The translations under genes and the position numbers were made by a program. Below, in pieces: positions 16,531-25,500 of a DNA stretch of 28,564 nucleotides (the stretch's first letter is position 1; every line of letters starts with the position of its first letter). This DNA is from an uncultured virus (IMG/VR IMGVR_UViG_3300037840_000439). Taxonomy: Duplodnaviria; Heunggongvirae; Uroviricota; Caudoviricetes. The stretch lies in the IMG/VR virus record IMGVR_UViG_3300037840_000439; one strand, 5' to 3'. Under the pieces are notes generated by a model. It saw only the letters and a program-made list of their open reading frames with translations. It had not been told where the DNA came from and searched no databases.

Positions 16531-16754
16531 AAGCGACAAAACACCTGTTCGACGACAATCTTTCGAGCGGAGAAGAGATCGATATCCAGCAGCTAGCATG
16601 GCTGCTGGATACAGTAGGAGCCAAACCTTACCTGCGAAGGCGCCTGGCAGTGCTCCAGGAGATCATTGATACCTCGCGTGTCTTCGGTAAGCGTTACAAC
16701 GCAGCCGTAGACGAACTGGAAGAAATTGAAGAGTTGCTTGACATCAACCAATGA
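16530..16754 (+). pseudogene. 3' remnant of an unrelated gene joined to the dcd stub
   Basis: Protein-like helical frame (HLFDDNL..EELLDINQ) with no convincing start. Confidence 0.4.
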
Positions 16755-16786
16755 TGTCGGGCTAGCAACAGAATGAGGACACGACC

Positions 16787-17347
16787 ATGGACATCAAAGA
16801 CAAGTTGAAGAATCTGTTTGCCGAGAAGCTCGCCGACGCCATCCAGCCTGCCTTCGAGCAAGCTGCCGAGGAGCTGGTCAATGCGCTGAGCGAGGTTTCG
16901 CTCCGAGACCTAGTCGAACTCACAGAAGGCGGCGACAGCGGTTCGACCCGCAAGTCGGCGTCGGCACCGAGTCGCACCAAGAGCTCATCCAAGCGCCTCC
17001 CACGCCGCTCCACCGAGGAGATCGACGCTGCCGCCGACAAAGTTGCATCGCTCCTCGGCAAGAAGAAGAACGGGCTCCGCGCCGAGGAGATTCGCGGTGC
17101 GCTCAAGATGGATGTCCGCGAGCTGCCGCGCGTAATCAAGGCGGCGCTTGCGGCCAAGAAGATCGCCGTACTGTCGGGCCAGAAGCGTTCCACGACCTAC
17201 GGAATCAAGGTGGGAGGCGCCGCCAAGCCGGCCAAGAAGAAGGCGAAGCCGGCCAAAAACGCAAAGTCCGAGGCGAAGGCCACCAAGAGCAAGACCAAGA
17301 GCACGGCGAACGGGGTCGCGGCAACACCGCCTTCAGCCAGCTCATAG
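16787..17347 (+). CDS. histone-like nucleoid DNA-binding protein (Polyangiaceae type)
   Basis: RLPRRSTEEI..GLRAEEIRGAL..ELPRVIK..GQKRSTTY plus a K/A-rich tail; GAGG RBS. Confidence 0.8.
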   Translation: MDIKDKLKNLFAEKLADAIQPAFEQAAEELVNALSEVSLRDLVELTEGGDSGSTRKSASAPSRTKSSSKRLPRRSTEEIDAAADKVASLLGKKKNGLRAEEIRGALKMDVRELPRVIKAALAAKKIAVLSGQKRSTTYGIKVGGAAKPAKKKAKPAKNAKSEAKATKSKTKSTANGVAATPPSASS

Positions 17348-17535
17348 CCGAATGGATTACCTCCAACCCAATAGAGCCGGAGACATGCGCTAGTAAGCAT
17401 AAAGGTCCACACGCACACACGCACACTTTCGTTGCCTAACGTGCAGCCCAAATGGTGGGATGTGCATGCTCATAGCACTTGAAGAACCACCAAAGGAAAC
17501 CTGACGTAGGCGCCAGGTGATATCTCGCTGCGACA

Positions 17536-17922
17536 ATGAGGACGCTGCGACCAAGAGGGAGACCTGAAGGCAATGCGAAAGAAGGTAATTCCGGCTACAC
17601 TAAAATGTTTGTAGTTAGTGAGCGGGGTTCATACGAGCCGTCGTCTCCCTATGTATGCCGTGGTTGTGGTTCAACTCTTCGCCCGTACTGCTACCCAGGA
17701 CAGTACGCCAAGTGCCGCGAGTGCGAACGCATCCTGCTCTACATGGGACGCGTTCCGTCGGCTCCGTGCGTCACTCCTACGGGCCGGATTGACTGCCACG
17801 GACACCAAGTGCGTGTGGTAGACCAAGTCTGGTGTTGTCATTTCTGTGCTGAGCCACTCGACTTACACATTCGAGGCACCACGGCTCGAAGGGCCGGCAG
17901 CCATGGTAGGAAAACGAGATGA
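17536..17922 (+). CDS. Zn-finger-like hypothetical protein (start uncertain)
   Basis: CRGC, CREC, CHFC; ATGA coupling to the next gene. Confidence 0.5.
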   Translation: MRTLRPRGRPEGNAKEGNSGYTKMFVVSERGSYEPSSPYVCRGCGSTLRPYCYPGQYAKCRECERILLYMGRVPSAPCVTPTGRIDCHGHQVRVVDQVWCCHFCAEPLDLHIRGTTARRAGSHGRKTR

Positions 17923-18267
17923 ATGAATCCTCCCGCCGCATCCGCCAAGCTTCCCGTCAGGCAATCCTAGGTCTGGCGGACTACACAGAGGACGACGTGA
18001 AGTGGGCGGAGATTCGAATCATCGCCCTCATAATCGAGGGTACATCGCGCTGCCGAGTACGCATTTCTTCGAGTGCTCGAAACACTTGGATTTCACGGTC
18101 AAGGATCCGTTGTGCACACTCTTCTGAGGCTTGAAGCACGGCGGGGACGAAGGATCGGTGGTCTTCTCGCTTGGTGCGAGCTTCATCTGGAGGCCCAAGC
18201 AACACTTGGGCAGCGACCTACCCTGAAGACGTCGCTCGGAGACATCTTGGCGGCGAAGAAGCGATGA
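17919..18267 (+). pseudogene. paralogue of 19131-19502 disrupted by two adjacent internal inversions
   Basis: The 5' and 3' parts match the paralogue on the + strand; the middle matches on the - strand (FVPAVLQASEECAQRILDRE..EMRTRQRD). Confidence 0.85.
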
Positions 18268-18438
18268 TAAACCGGTGGGATCAGTGGGTAAAATTTCTCT
18301 GGAAATGGGATGCAACCGCGGCATGGCTCGTTGCTGCTTGCTGGTGCCAAGACGGCTGTTCGGCATCACATGGATCTGGTACCCACTCTTCCTACTCACA
18401 CTCTCTAATGTCCTCTTTTCCTTTCTGAGAGCACGCAA

Positions 18439-18693
18439 ATGACGTGGAACCTACTCGAAGCACCGTTCACCCTGAAGCAAGGCACCCTGTACGCGTGCAT
18501 GTTGAAGCTCAGCTTCGGCGAGAAGATCGTCGCGACCGCCGACATGGTTGCCCAGAAGTTCACCGACGCGGGCTTCACCGGTGTGACCGTCGACATGAAC
18601 GTGCCGCGCGCGGAGGGTACCTGGGGGCAGCCGGACGATGCGGGAGTCACGCTACCGAGTGAGGTTGTCACGGTGTGGCGCTGGGATCCGTGA
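18439..18693 (+). CDS. hypothetical protein
   Basis: 84-aa ORF with a strong GC3 codon pattern. Confidence 0.7.
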   Translation: MTWNLLEAPFTLKQGTLYACMLKLSFGEKIVATADMVAQKFTDAGFTGVTVDMNVPRAEGTWGQPDDAGVTLPSEVVTVWRWDP

Positions 18694-18805
18694 CCTGAGT
18701 GTTGAACTCTGCGAGCACAATGCGAGGCAAAGTAACTTCAAATGTCGTAATGCGATGGTCTTCGTAAGAGATTGAGTCCTTCAGAATTTTGGCGCTATAT
18801 CCCAT
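18668..18805 (-). pseudogene. thyX: flavin-dependent thymidylate synthase 5' fragment (copy A)
   Basis: MGYSAKILKDSISYEDHRITTFEVTLPRIVLAEFNT matches phage ThyX N-termini and stops just before the expected HR..SR motif. Confidence 0.75.
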
Positions 18806-18911
18806 TGTCAAATCTCTCCCTAGTTGCGAACCCATCTGGTTGGTATCTCCACACATCGAGATCGTCCGTAAACGACGGACGCGGGTTCGTCCGCTGCCCG
18901 AAACACGACCA

Positions 18912-19115
18912 ATGAAACTCGACCTCATCCAGCAAGTGATCGGTGAGTCCTTGGCCCCCAGGTTGAACCTGCGCGACATCGAACAGAGATTGCGCAAGCT
19001 GCTACCCGATTCCGATCAGGCGGAGCGCGCTGTGGGTGCTCTGTACGGCCACGCATTCCGGCGAGGCGAAGAAGCATACATGGCTCGCGGCTCCCGTGGT
19101 CGCCAGCTGTGGTAA
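18912..19115 (+). CDS. hypothetical protein
   Basis: MKLDLIQQVIGE.. ORF upstream of 19131. Confidence 0.55.
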   Translation: MKLDLIQQVIGESLAPRLNLRDIEQRLRKLLPDSDQAERAVGALYGHAFRRGEEAYMARGSRGRQLW

Positions 19116-19130
19116 TAATTTCGAGGGTCC

Positions 19131-19502
19131 ATGAGTGAATCAAGCCGCCGCATCCGAGCCGCCTCACGCCAAGCCACGACCGCCATAGAGGGTTTCACCG
19201 AATCTGACGTCGCCTGGGCCGAGGTTCGGACCATCGCCCTCATGATCGAAGGAGTGGTCTTCGTGGAGGCTGTGCTCCAGGCGTCCAGGGAGTGCGGCGC
19301 ACGGATTCTCGAGCGCCAGCTTCGGGCCATCCAGGATCTAGAGGCCATGCGGCGCCGCCAGCGCGACGAGACTGCCGCCAAACGAGAAGCCGAAGAGACA
19401 GAACGGCGAAGCAGATTGGAGGGGCGCGCAACGCTTGGGCAACGGCCGTCCCTGAAAGCTTCGCTCGGGGACCTTCTTGCAGCTCGGGAGCGGACGCGGT
19501 AG
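19131..19502 (+). CDS. helical hypothetical protein (intact paralogue)
   Basis: GAGGG RBS; homology to 17919-18267. Confidence 0.75.
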   Translation: MSESSRRIRAASRQATTAIEGFTESDVAWAEVRTIALMIEGVVFVEAVLQASRECGARILERQLRAIQDLEAMRRRQRDETAAKREAEETERRSRLEGRATLGQRPSLKASLGDLLAARERTR

Positions 19503-19619
19503 ACGACAGCGCCCCCTGAGCCCTTGAGTCGTCGGGAAAGCTCGCGCAACGAGCAAACCGCCCTGGGAAGCGGCCGGGGGCATTTTCATAGTCAGAAGTG
19601 GACTCCCCGCGCGTCGTCT
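19501..19619 (+). ncRNA. candidate structured RNA or cis element
   Basis: Nested complementary segments span the whole intergenic gap (see findings). Confidence 0.35.
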
Positions 19620-19623
19620 GGGC

Positions 19624-19995
19624 ATGAAGCCCAAACCGCTGAAGCCAACTCCCGCTAGCTCTCCTCTTTTCAAGACCCGCTCTGATCGTCTGGATCACTA
19701 CGGTGAGCCCACACATCCAGATCTCGTACGCGACCCGGCGGACCTTGCACCCCTGTGCTCCGAGGACGGAGACTGGGACGTCGAAGCTGTTTGGGCCTGG
19801 GTGGGAGAAGGCGAGGTCTCCTACACGTTCTGGTACCACTTCAGTGACGGCGAAGTACGTGGCATCCACGCCCGCGCGAACAGCTACGCCGAAGCGGCAC
19901 GCCTGGCACGAACAGATCTGAGAGGACTGCCGTGGCTCTGTACGATCCTGAGCGTCACAGTCGTGCGGCTCCAGTCCGTCGACATCCACGACTAG
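19624..19995 (+). CDS. hypothetical protein
   Basis: 123-aa ORF with plausible composition. Confidence 0.6.
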   Translation: MKPKPLKPTPASSPLFKTRSDRLDHYGEPTHPDLVRDPADLAPLCSEDGDWDVEAVWAWVGEGEVSYTFWYHFSDGEVRGIHARANSYAEAARLARTDLRGLPWLCTILSVTVVRLQSVDIHD

Positions 19996-20046
19996 CGTGT
20001 CACCGGTTGTCAACTCTTGGTATACGCGTTGCACTATCCGGCCACC

Positions 20047-20427
20047 ATGAACGCCAAGCGCGCAATCGTTCGACTCTTCGTTGCCGTCACGGGACTTCTC
20101 GCCTCACTGTTCGAGCTAGCTGGGGCGTTCGTGCGGCTCGGTACAGCCGTACTGGAACGGTTTACCAACCGCCTCCGGAACCCCGTAGCCGCGCCGATCT
20201 CAGCGACCCATGCCATGGCGCTCGCGCCCACCGTTATCGCGCCAGCGGCCTCCGTGGCGCCAAGAGCGACCGTCTGCATGACGGTCGATGAGCGCCTTAC
20301 GAGCGCGCTCCTGAGCCTAGGGTTCCGTGCGGCCAACGTCCGTGCGTTTGCGGCATCGGTTTGTGGCCGAGAGGCCCCACTGGAGGTGCTGGTCAAGGAG
20401 GGGATCGTCGCGCTCAGCGCGAATTAG
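20047..20427 (+). CDS. protein with hydrophobic N-terminus and RuvA C-terminal-like domain
   Basis: DERLTSALLSLGFRAANVR..LEVLVKEGIVAL. Confidence 0.55.
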   Translation: MNAKRAIVRLFVAVTGLLASLFELAGAFVRLGTAVLERFTNRLRNPVAAPISATHAMALAPTVIAPAASVAPRATVCMTVDERLTSALLSLGFRAANVRAFAASVCGREAPLEVLVKEGIVALSAN

Positions 20428-20627
20428 CGTTCTCGCCCCTGGCACGCGCACCACCCCACCGGCCTGTGGGTTCCCAGCTCGGACGTATCCACGACCGTCC
20501 ACACCCACCCGTCGGGGTAGCAGTAGGCGCTGCACGCACCACGCGACGTCGTGGAGGGCTCCCAGTGCACATGGCGCGGGGACGCAACGCATCCCGCAAG
20601 GAGCAGAGTTAGGATGAACAGCCTCAC
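20424..20627 (-). CDS. small Cys-rich lipoprotein
   Basis: MRLFILTLLLAGC signal with LAGC lipobox. Confidence 0.7.
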   Translation of the reverse strand: MRLFILTLLLAGCVASPRHVHWEPSTTSRGACSAYCYPDGWVWTVVDTSELGTHRPVGWCACQGRER

Positions 20628-20654
20628 GGGGTCATCGTAGCAGCATTAGCAGCA

Positions 20655-20897
20655 TCACCGTCGTCCTCGCCCAGCCCACGGCCACAGTTCGGGCGCCACG
20701 TCTGCCACCGCGTGAAACGGATCGAACGTGATGACCGTAACTAGCCGCACACGCCGTCGGTCCCGCGGGATCTTCTTGCCGTCGGGTCCCGTGACCTCGA
20801 TGTCATCGGGTAGCTCGACGAACTTCGTGTCGTCCCGGGCTATGCCGATGGCGTCCCTTTCTACCATCCGGAGTTCGTTTCGAGCCGCCACGCGCAC
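20655..20897 (-). CDS. hypothetical protein or 3' remnant joined to thyX stub B
   Basis: Protein-like frame beginning where thyX similarity ends. Confidence 0.4.
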   Translation of the reverse strand: MRVAARNELRMVERDAIGIARDDTKFVELPDDIEVTGPDGKKIPRDRRRVRLVTVITFDPFHAVADVAPELWPWAGRGRR

Positions 20898-20980
20898 CGA
20901 TACAACGGCATGTCGAACGTCGTGAGGCGGTGACCCTCTTCGGAGATCGAGTCCTTCAGAATCTTGGCACTATATCCCAT
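20861..20980 (-). pseudogene. thyX: thyX 5' fragment (copy B)
   Basis: My translation: MGYSAKILKDSISEEGHRLTTFD..; 20949-20999 is near-identical to 18774-18826. Confidence 0.7.
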
Positions 20981-20992
20981 TGTTGGATCTCC

Positions 20993-21277
20993 CTAGTTGA
21001 CCGCGTCCTTACGTTGACAGAACGTCTCTTCCCACCCTCGGCGATACTGCTCGGTAGCGACCTGCGCGGGCCCCGAACAAGGCTTCGTTCCTGGCGTAAG
21101 CATCTCGTATTTGCCATTCTCGTGCACGAAAGCCACGTTCTGGCCCGCGATGTTCTCGCCGTCTTTCAAGGTGCGATACGGGACATGACAGACGTGCTCC
21201 TCGTCGCGGTGCTCTGCGATACCGAAGCGGCGGCCGTCATGTTCGAAGGAGGTCTTGGGTTTGAGGGTGGCAGTCAT
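20993..21277 (-). CDS. hypothetical protein
   Basis: GGAG RBS; GPAQVATEQYRRGWEETF. Confidence 0.65.
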   Translation of the reverse strand: MTATLKPKTSFEHDGRRFGIAEHRDEEHVCHVPYRTLKDGENIAGQNVAFVHENGKYEMLTPGTKPCSGPAQVATEQYRRGWEETFCQRKDAVN

Positions 21278-21289
21278 GGTGTCTCCGTT

Positions 21290-21784
21290 CTATCTAGGAG
21301 CCTGCGGCGCGAGCCAGGCAGAGCGCTCAGGACAAAGGGCCTGGGCACGGTCATGATTCCTAGCCATCGTGCCTTCGTACCCAATCTTGCACTCTCCGTC
21401 GCACGCTACGCAGATGCGCCTAAGATCATTGCATTTCGAACACTCGGGTTGCCGAGGCCCAAGGATACGCTCCCCTATCTCTTGCAGGATGCCGCGCACC
21501 CAGGCAAGCCTCTTAGGATCCCTCGGATCCCCCGCATCCCGTCGGGCCTCGAAGAGGCCCCAGGCGAGCGCACGCATGATGTCGATGACGTACTGCTCGT
21601 CCCGGCCCGCCTTGAATACGTAGGCCCCACCAACATCGATCTCGCGGCCGTCCTTGCCCCACCCAACGCCAACCAGGCGGAGGTCGGGAAGCTCGGCGAC
21701 CTCCATCGCCTGCGCTGTCTCACGCAGGCCGTCCGCCATGGTGCGGAGTTGATTGACGTATTTGCGACGTGCTCCAGGTCTCAT
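21290..21784 (-). CDS. hypothetical protein with C-terminal Cys cluster
   Basis: AGGAGG RBS; CSKC, CVAC. Confidence 0.65.
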   Translation of the reverse strand: MRPGARRKYVNQLRTMADGLRETAQAMEVAELPDLRLVGVGWGKDGREIDVGGAYVFKAGRDEQYVIDIMRALAWGLFEARRDAGDPRDPKRLAWVRGILQEIGERILGPRQPECSKCNDLRRICVACDGECKIGYEGTMARNHDRAQALCPERSAWLAPQAPR

Positions 21785-21981
21785 GCAGATTCCTCCTGTA
21801 TTTCGGCTCCGATCCATACGAACTCCGGCAGCTTAGCGGCGATCTCCTGGATGGGAAGGCTAGTCTTGCGACGCAGCTCCCGAAGATGCGTTGCGCATAG
21901 GTGCACGCGCACTCTGCGAAGAAGATAGCTGCATACGGCCTCGTCCATGCAGAGGTGGGCGCCGCAGAGGTGAATGCTCAT
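21781..21981 (-). CDS. small Cys/His-rich protein
   Basis: ATGA-coupled on both sides. Confidence 0.55.
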   Translation of the reverse strand: MSIHLCGAHLCMDEAVCSYLLRRVRVHLCATHLRELRRKTSLPIQEIAAKLPEFVWIGAEIQEESA

Positions 21982-22274
21982 GGCTTTCCACAATCCGTGT
22001 GATACGGCGAGTCGCAGTTCGGGCACTTCTCGGCTGCCTCAACCATCTCGACGTCGTCCTCATAGCTCCCCGAGAGATAGGCGCGCTCGACCTCGTCGCA
22101 CCTAGACTCGACGCTGATACCACGAAGAAATGCTTGCGCAAGATCGGCACCCTCCTCAAGATCAGCGATCTCCAGCGACACAGGCATGTCGTCGGGGACA
22201 CCGGCGAGCGCCTTCCGGAGGTCGCCGACCGTTAGAGTTTTTTCGACGCTTGGAAACCGCACGACGTCACCCAT
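21978..22274 (-). CDS. hypothetical phage protein
   Basis: LTVGDLRKALAGVPDDMPV. Confidence 0.6.
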   Translation of the reverse strand: MGDVVRFPSVEKTLTVGDLRKALAGVPDDMPVSLEIADLEEGADLAQAFLRGISVESRCDEVERAYLSGSYEDDVEMVEAAEKCPNCDSPYHTDCGKP

Positions 22275-22488
22275 CCTTCTTCCTTTCATAGGAGATCCCC
22301 ATGGCTCCAGGCTTGTGCAGCCACATCTCAAGCATTTCGTGTAACGCTTCGGCATCAACACGGTCCAGAATCGTGCGATGACCCTTATCAGGAGAACCTA
22401 CGATGAACTCGAATCCCCGTTCGACAGGGCCCGCTGACCATTCGTGATGAAACGGTCCGCGTCCTTCCAGCAACTCGTTTTTGCTCAT
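22267..22488 (-). CDS. hypothetical protein
   Basis: GGAG RBS; directly downstream of dnaE. Confidence 0.55.
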   Translation of the reverse strand: MSKNELLEGRGPFHHEWSAGPVERGFEFIVGSPDKGHRTILDRVDAEALHEMLEMWLHKPGAMGISYERKKDG

Positions 22489-22505
22489 GTCTCGTTCTCC
22501 GATTT

Positions 22506-25500
22506 TCATCGAATTTCTACCGCCCCACCCCCATACGCTCGCTCCACTCCAGCGAGAAACACTTCGCTAACTTCAATTCGCTGAGGGAGCTTCATCAAGG
22601 TCTCCGCTCCCGTCTCCAACACGAGCCGCAACCCCACGGGCACACTCCCCTTCACCTTCTCGAGCACGTCCTGAAGCGGTTCCAGTGTCGCGGGTGCCCG
22701 CACGGTCACAATCGCAGCTCTCGCCTCGAGCTTCACAGCATCGCTCAAAAGCCGCACGTCTTTGACTAGCAGAGTCGTTGTGACCTTCCCTTCTTCGTCC
22801 TCATCCTGCTTCAGCCGACCGAAGACCATAACGGGCTCGCCGCGAGCCAAGAGCGACCCATACGCGTCGTAGCTGCGAAGCTTCGCATCCACGTGACCCG
22901 TACGATCGCCGAGCGAGAAGAACGAGATGTTCCACTCTTCCTTCACGCGGTACTCCTGCACCATCCCCGTCAAGCGGACCATTGTACCGTCCGCCAGTTC
23001 GTCGCAGCGCTCGATGGGAATCACCTGCAAGCGTTCTAGAACACGGCTGGCACCCGCGTAGCGATCCATGGGGTGTCCGGAAACGTAAAAGCCCAGCGCC
23101 TTGCGCTCTCTGGCGAGCTTCTCGCGCTGGTCCCACGCCGGAACGCTGACGTACTCGGGCTTCCCCTCGAAGATCTCTGCTGTGGTCCCCCCAGAGAACC
23201 AGTTGAGCTGCCCCCGCTTCGCGTCCTTCGCTAGCGGCTTGGCGCGCTTGATTGCAAGCTCCACGGTTGCGAACGCTTTTGCCCGCTCAACGCCAAGAGA
23301 GTCGAGCGCCCCGCACTGGACGAGCGTTTCGAGTACCCCCTTCTTCACGTCCACACGCGAAGCGACGTCAAAGAGATCGTGGAACGGGCGCTTGTCTAGT
23401 ACGCCCGCGAGCGCGGCTTCTCCGAGACCACGGACGGCGCCGAGCCCGAAGCGAATTGCGCCATCTTCCACCTTGAAGCTGAGATCGCTCTGGTTGATGT
23501 CCGGTGGGAGCACCCGGATCCCCATCGCGAGCGCGTCGGCGAGCGTGCGCACCACCAGCTCGCTCTTGTCCTGGTCACACGTGAGGGAGGCGCACAGCAG
23601 CTCGGCCGGGTGATAGATCTTCAAGTACGCAGTCTGGTACGTCAGCAGCGCATAGCCCGAGGCGTGCGAGACGTTGAAGCCATAGCCAGAGAAAAAGTCG
23701 AGCAGGTCGAAGATGCGGTTCGCCTCTTGTGCCTCGACGCCGTTCTTTCCAGCACCCTCGACGAACCCCGCTCTCTCCTTCGCCATCTCTGCCGGCTTCT
23801 TCTTGCCCATCGCTCTCCGCAGGAGGTCGGCTCGTGCCAGCGTGTAGCCCGCGAGCAGGCGAGCCACCCACATAACCTGCTCCTGGTAGACCACAACGCC
23901 GTAAGTGTCCTTCAGGTGCTCATCCACGAGTGGGTGGAACGACGTCACCTTCTCGCGCTTGTTCTTGCGCTCCACGTAGCTCTTGCACATCCCCGAACCT
24001 AGCGGCCCTGGACGAAAGAGCGACACACCGGCCACGATGTCGCCGAAGCGATCGGGCCTCATGTCCCGAAAGAGCTGCTGCATTCCCGACGACTCGAGCT
24101 GAAACACGCCCTTGGTCTCGCCAGTCGCCAGGAGCGCGTACACCTTCGGATCATCGAGAGAGAGCTGATTCAGGTAGAGCAACCCCTCTGCGTCCACAGG
24201 TTCTCCACAGCCTGAGGGAAACCCTCCACACGCCCTGTAGGCTTGCTCCCACGCCAGTGGGGGCAGGACTCCGCCACATGCCTCGTACGCCCTCTGCCAC
24301 GCCTCCGGAGGCCCTCCTCGGGGGCCAATGAGCCGGCGCGCGATCTCCAACACTGTGAGCGTCTTGAGCCCCAGAAAATCGAACTTGACGAGCCCGGCTG
24401 CCTCCACCTCGTTCATCGCGTACTGCGTGACGTAGTTGCCGTGGTCGTCGCGAAATACGGGCACGTGATCCCAAAGCGGCCCTTCGCTGATGACGATACC
24501 GGCCGCATGCACGCCCACGTGGCGCGTGAGACCCTCGAGCTTCTGCGCGTACGAAATGACCTCCTTGTACTCGGGCGCGCCGAGCTTCGATTCCGCCACG
24601 ATAGCTTCCGCGATCGTGGTCGAGTGGGTCTGCGATCCAGGTGGGATCATGTTCGCGATCTTTTGCGCATCCATCGGTGCCATGCCCAGCGCACGAGCCA
24701 CATCCTTGATGACGCTTCGAGCCTTCAGCTCCATGAAGGTTGCGATCTGCCCCACGCTCTCAGCGCCGTACTTCTGCCGGACGTAGGCCACAACTTCGTC
24801 GCGCCGCACCATGCAGAAGTCGATGTCAAAGTCCGGCATGCTCACACGATCTGGATTCAGAAAGCGCTCGAAGAGAAGTCCGTGGCGGATGGGATCGATG
24901 TCCGTGATACGGAGTGCGTAGGCCACGAGGCTTCCGGCACCACTACCTCTGCCCGGACCCACAGGGATGCCGCGTTCCTTCGCGAAGCGGATGAAGTCCC
25001 ACACGATCAGAAAGTAGCCCGGGAAGTTCATCTTGCAGATGACGTCCAACTCGAACGCCAACCGTTGCTCACAGACATCTCTCGGTGCGCCGGCTATGCC
25101 ACCCTCAGCGAACCGGCGCTCCAGCCCCTCACGAGCGAGATGCCGGAAGTAACTTTCCGCCGTGTACCCCTGCGGAACCGGAAAGTTCGGCAACATTGGC
25201 TTGTTCAAGTCGAGCTTCAGTCCCGAGCACTTTTCTGCAATCTCCAGAGTGGCGGCGAGCGTAGGTGCCGTGAAGAGCTGTGCCATCTCTTCGCCCGACT
25301 TGAGATACATCTCACTCGACCCGTGATGGTCACCTCGAGCAACAACGAGTTGTCGCTGGTTCTTGACGCATCCGAGAACCAAGTGTGCATCAGCGTCGCC
25401 ACGCTCCGGGTAGTGCACGTCATTGGTCGCGACCTTCCGCAGCCCGTGGTGAATCGACAGGTCGTGTAGAATCGCGTTCAGGGGAGCCTGCTCTGGCAAG

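Noticed and set aside
17348..17535. ncRNA in the intergenic gap with a cacacgcaca repeat
   Set aside because: Only a short low-complexity repeat; no convincing stems.
17919..19502. Diversity-generating retroelement TR/VR pair
   Set aside because: Differences between the paralogues are not adenine-specific, and no reverse transcriptase is present.
19511..19560. Hammerhead ribozyme or c-di-GMP riboswitch
   Set aside because: CTGAG..GAAA does not match the CUGANGA core, and the GEMM consensus is not met.
24190..24330. Intein in DnaE
   Set aside because: Too short, and it lacks a C/S start with HN-C/S/T end and splicing blocks.
24243..25469. 408-aa plus-strand ORF and other long antisense ORFs (e.g. 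20930-21928, 19240-20034)
   Set aside because: These are shadow ORFs opposite well-supported genes in GC-rich DNA, with no recognisable motifs.
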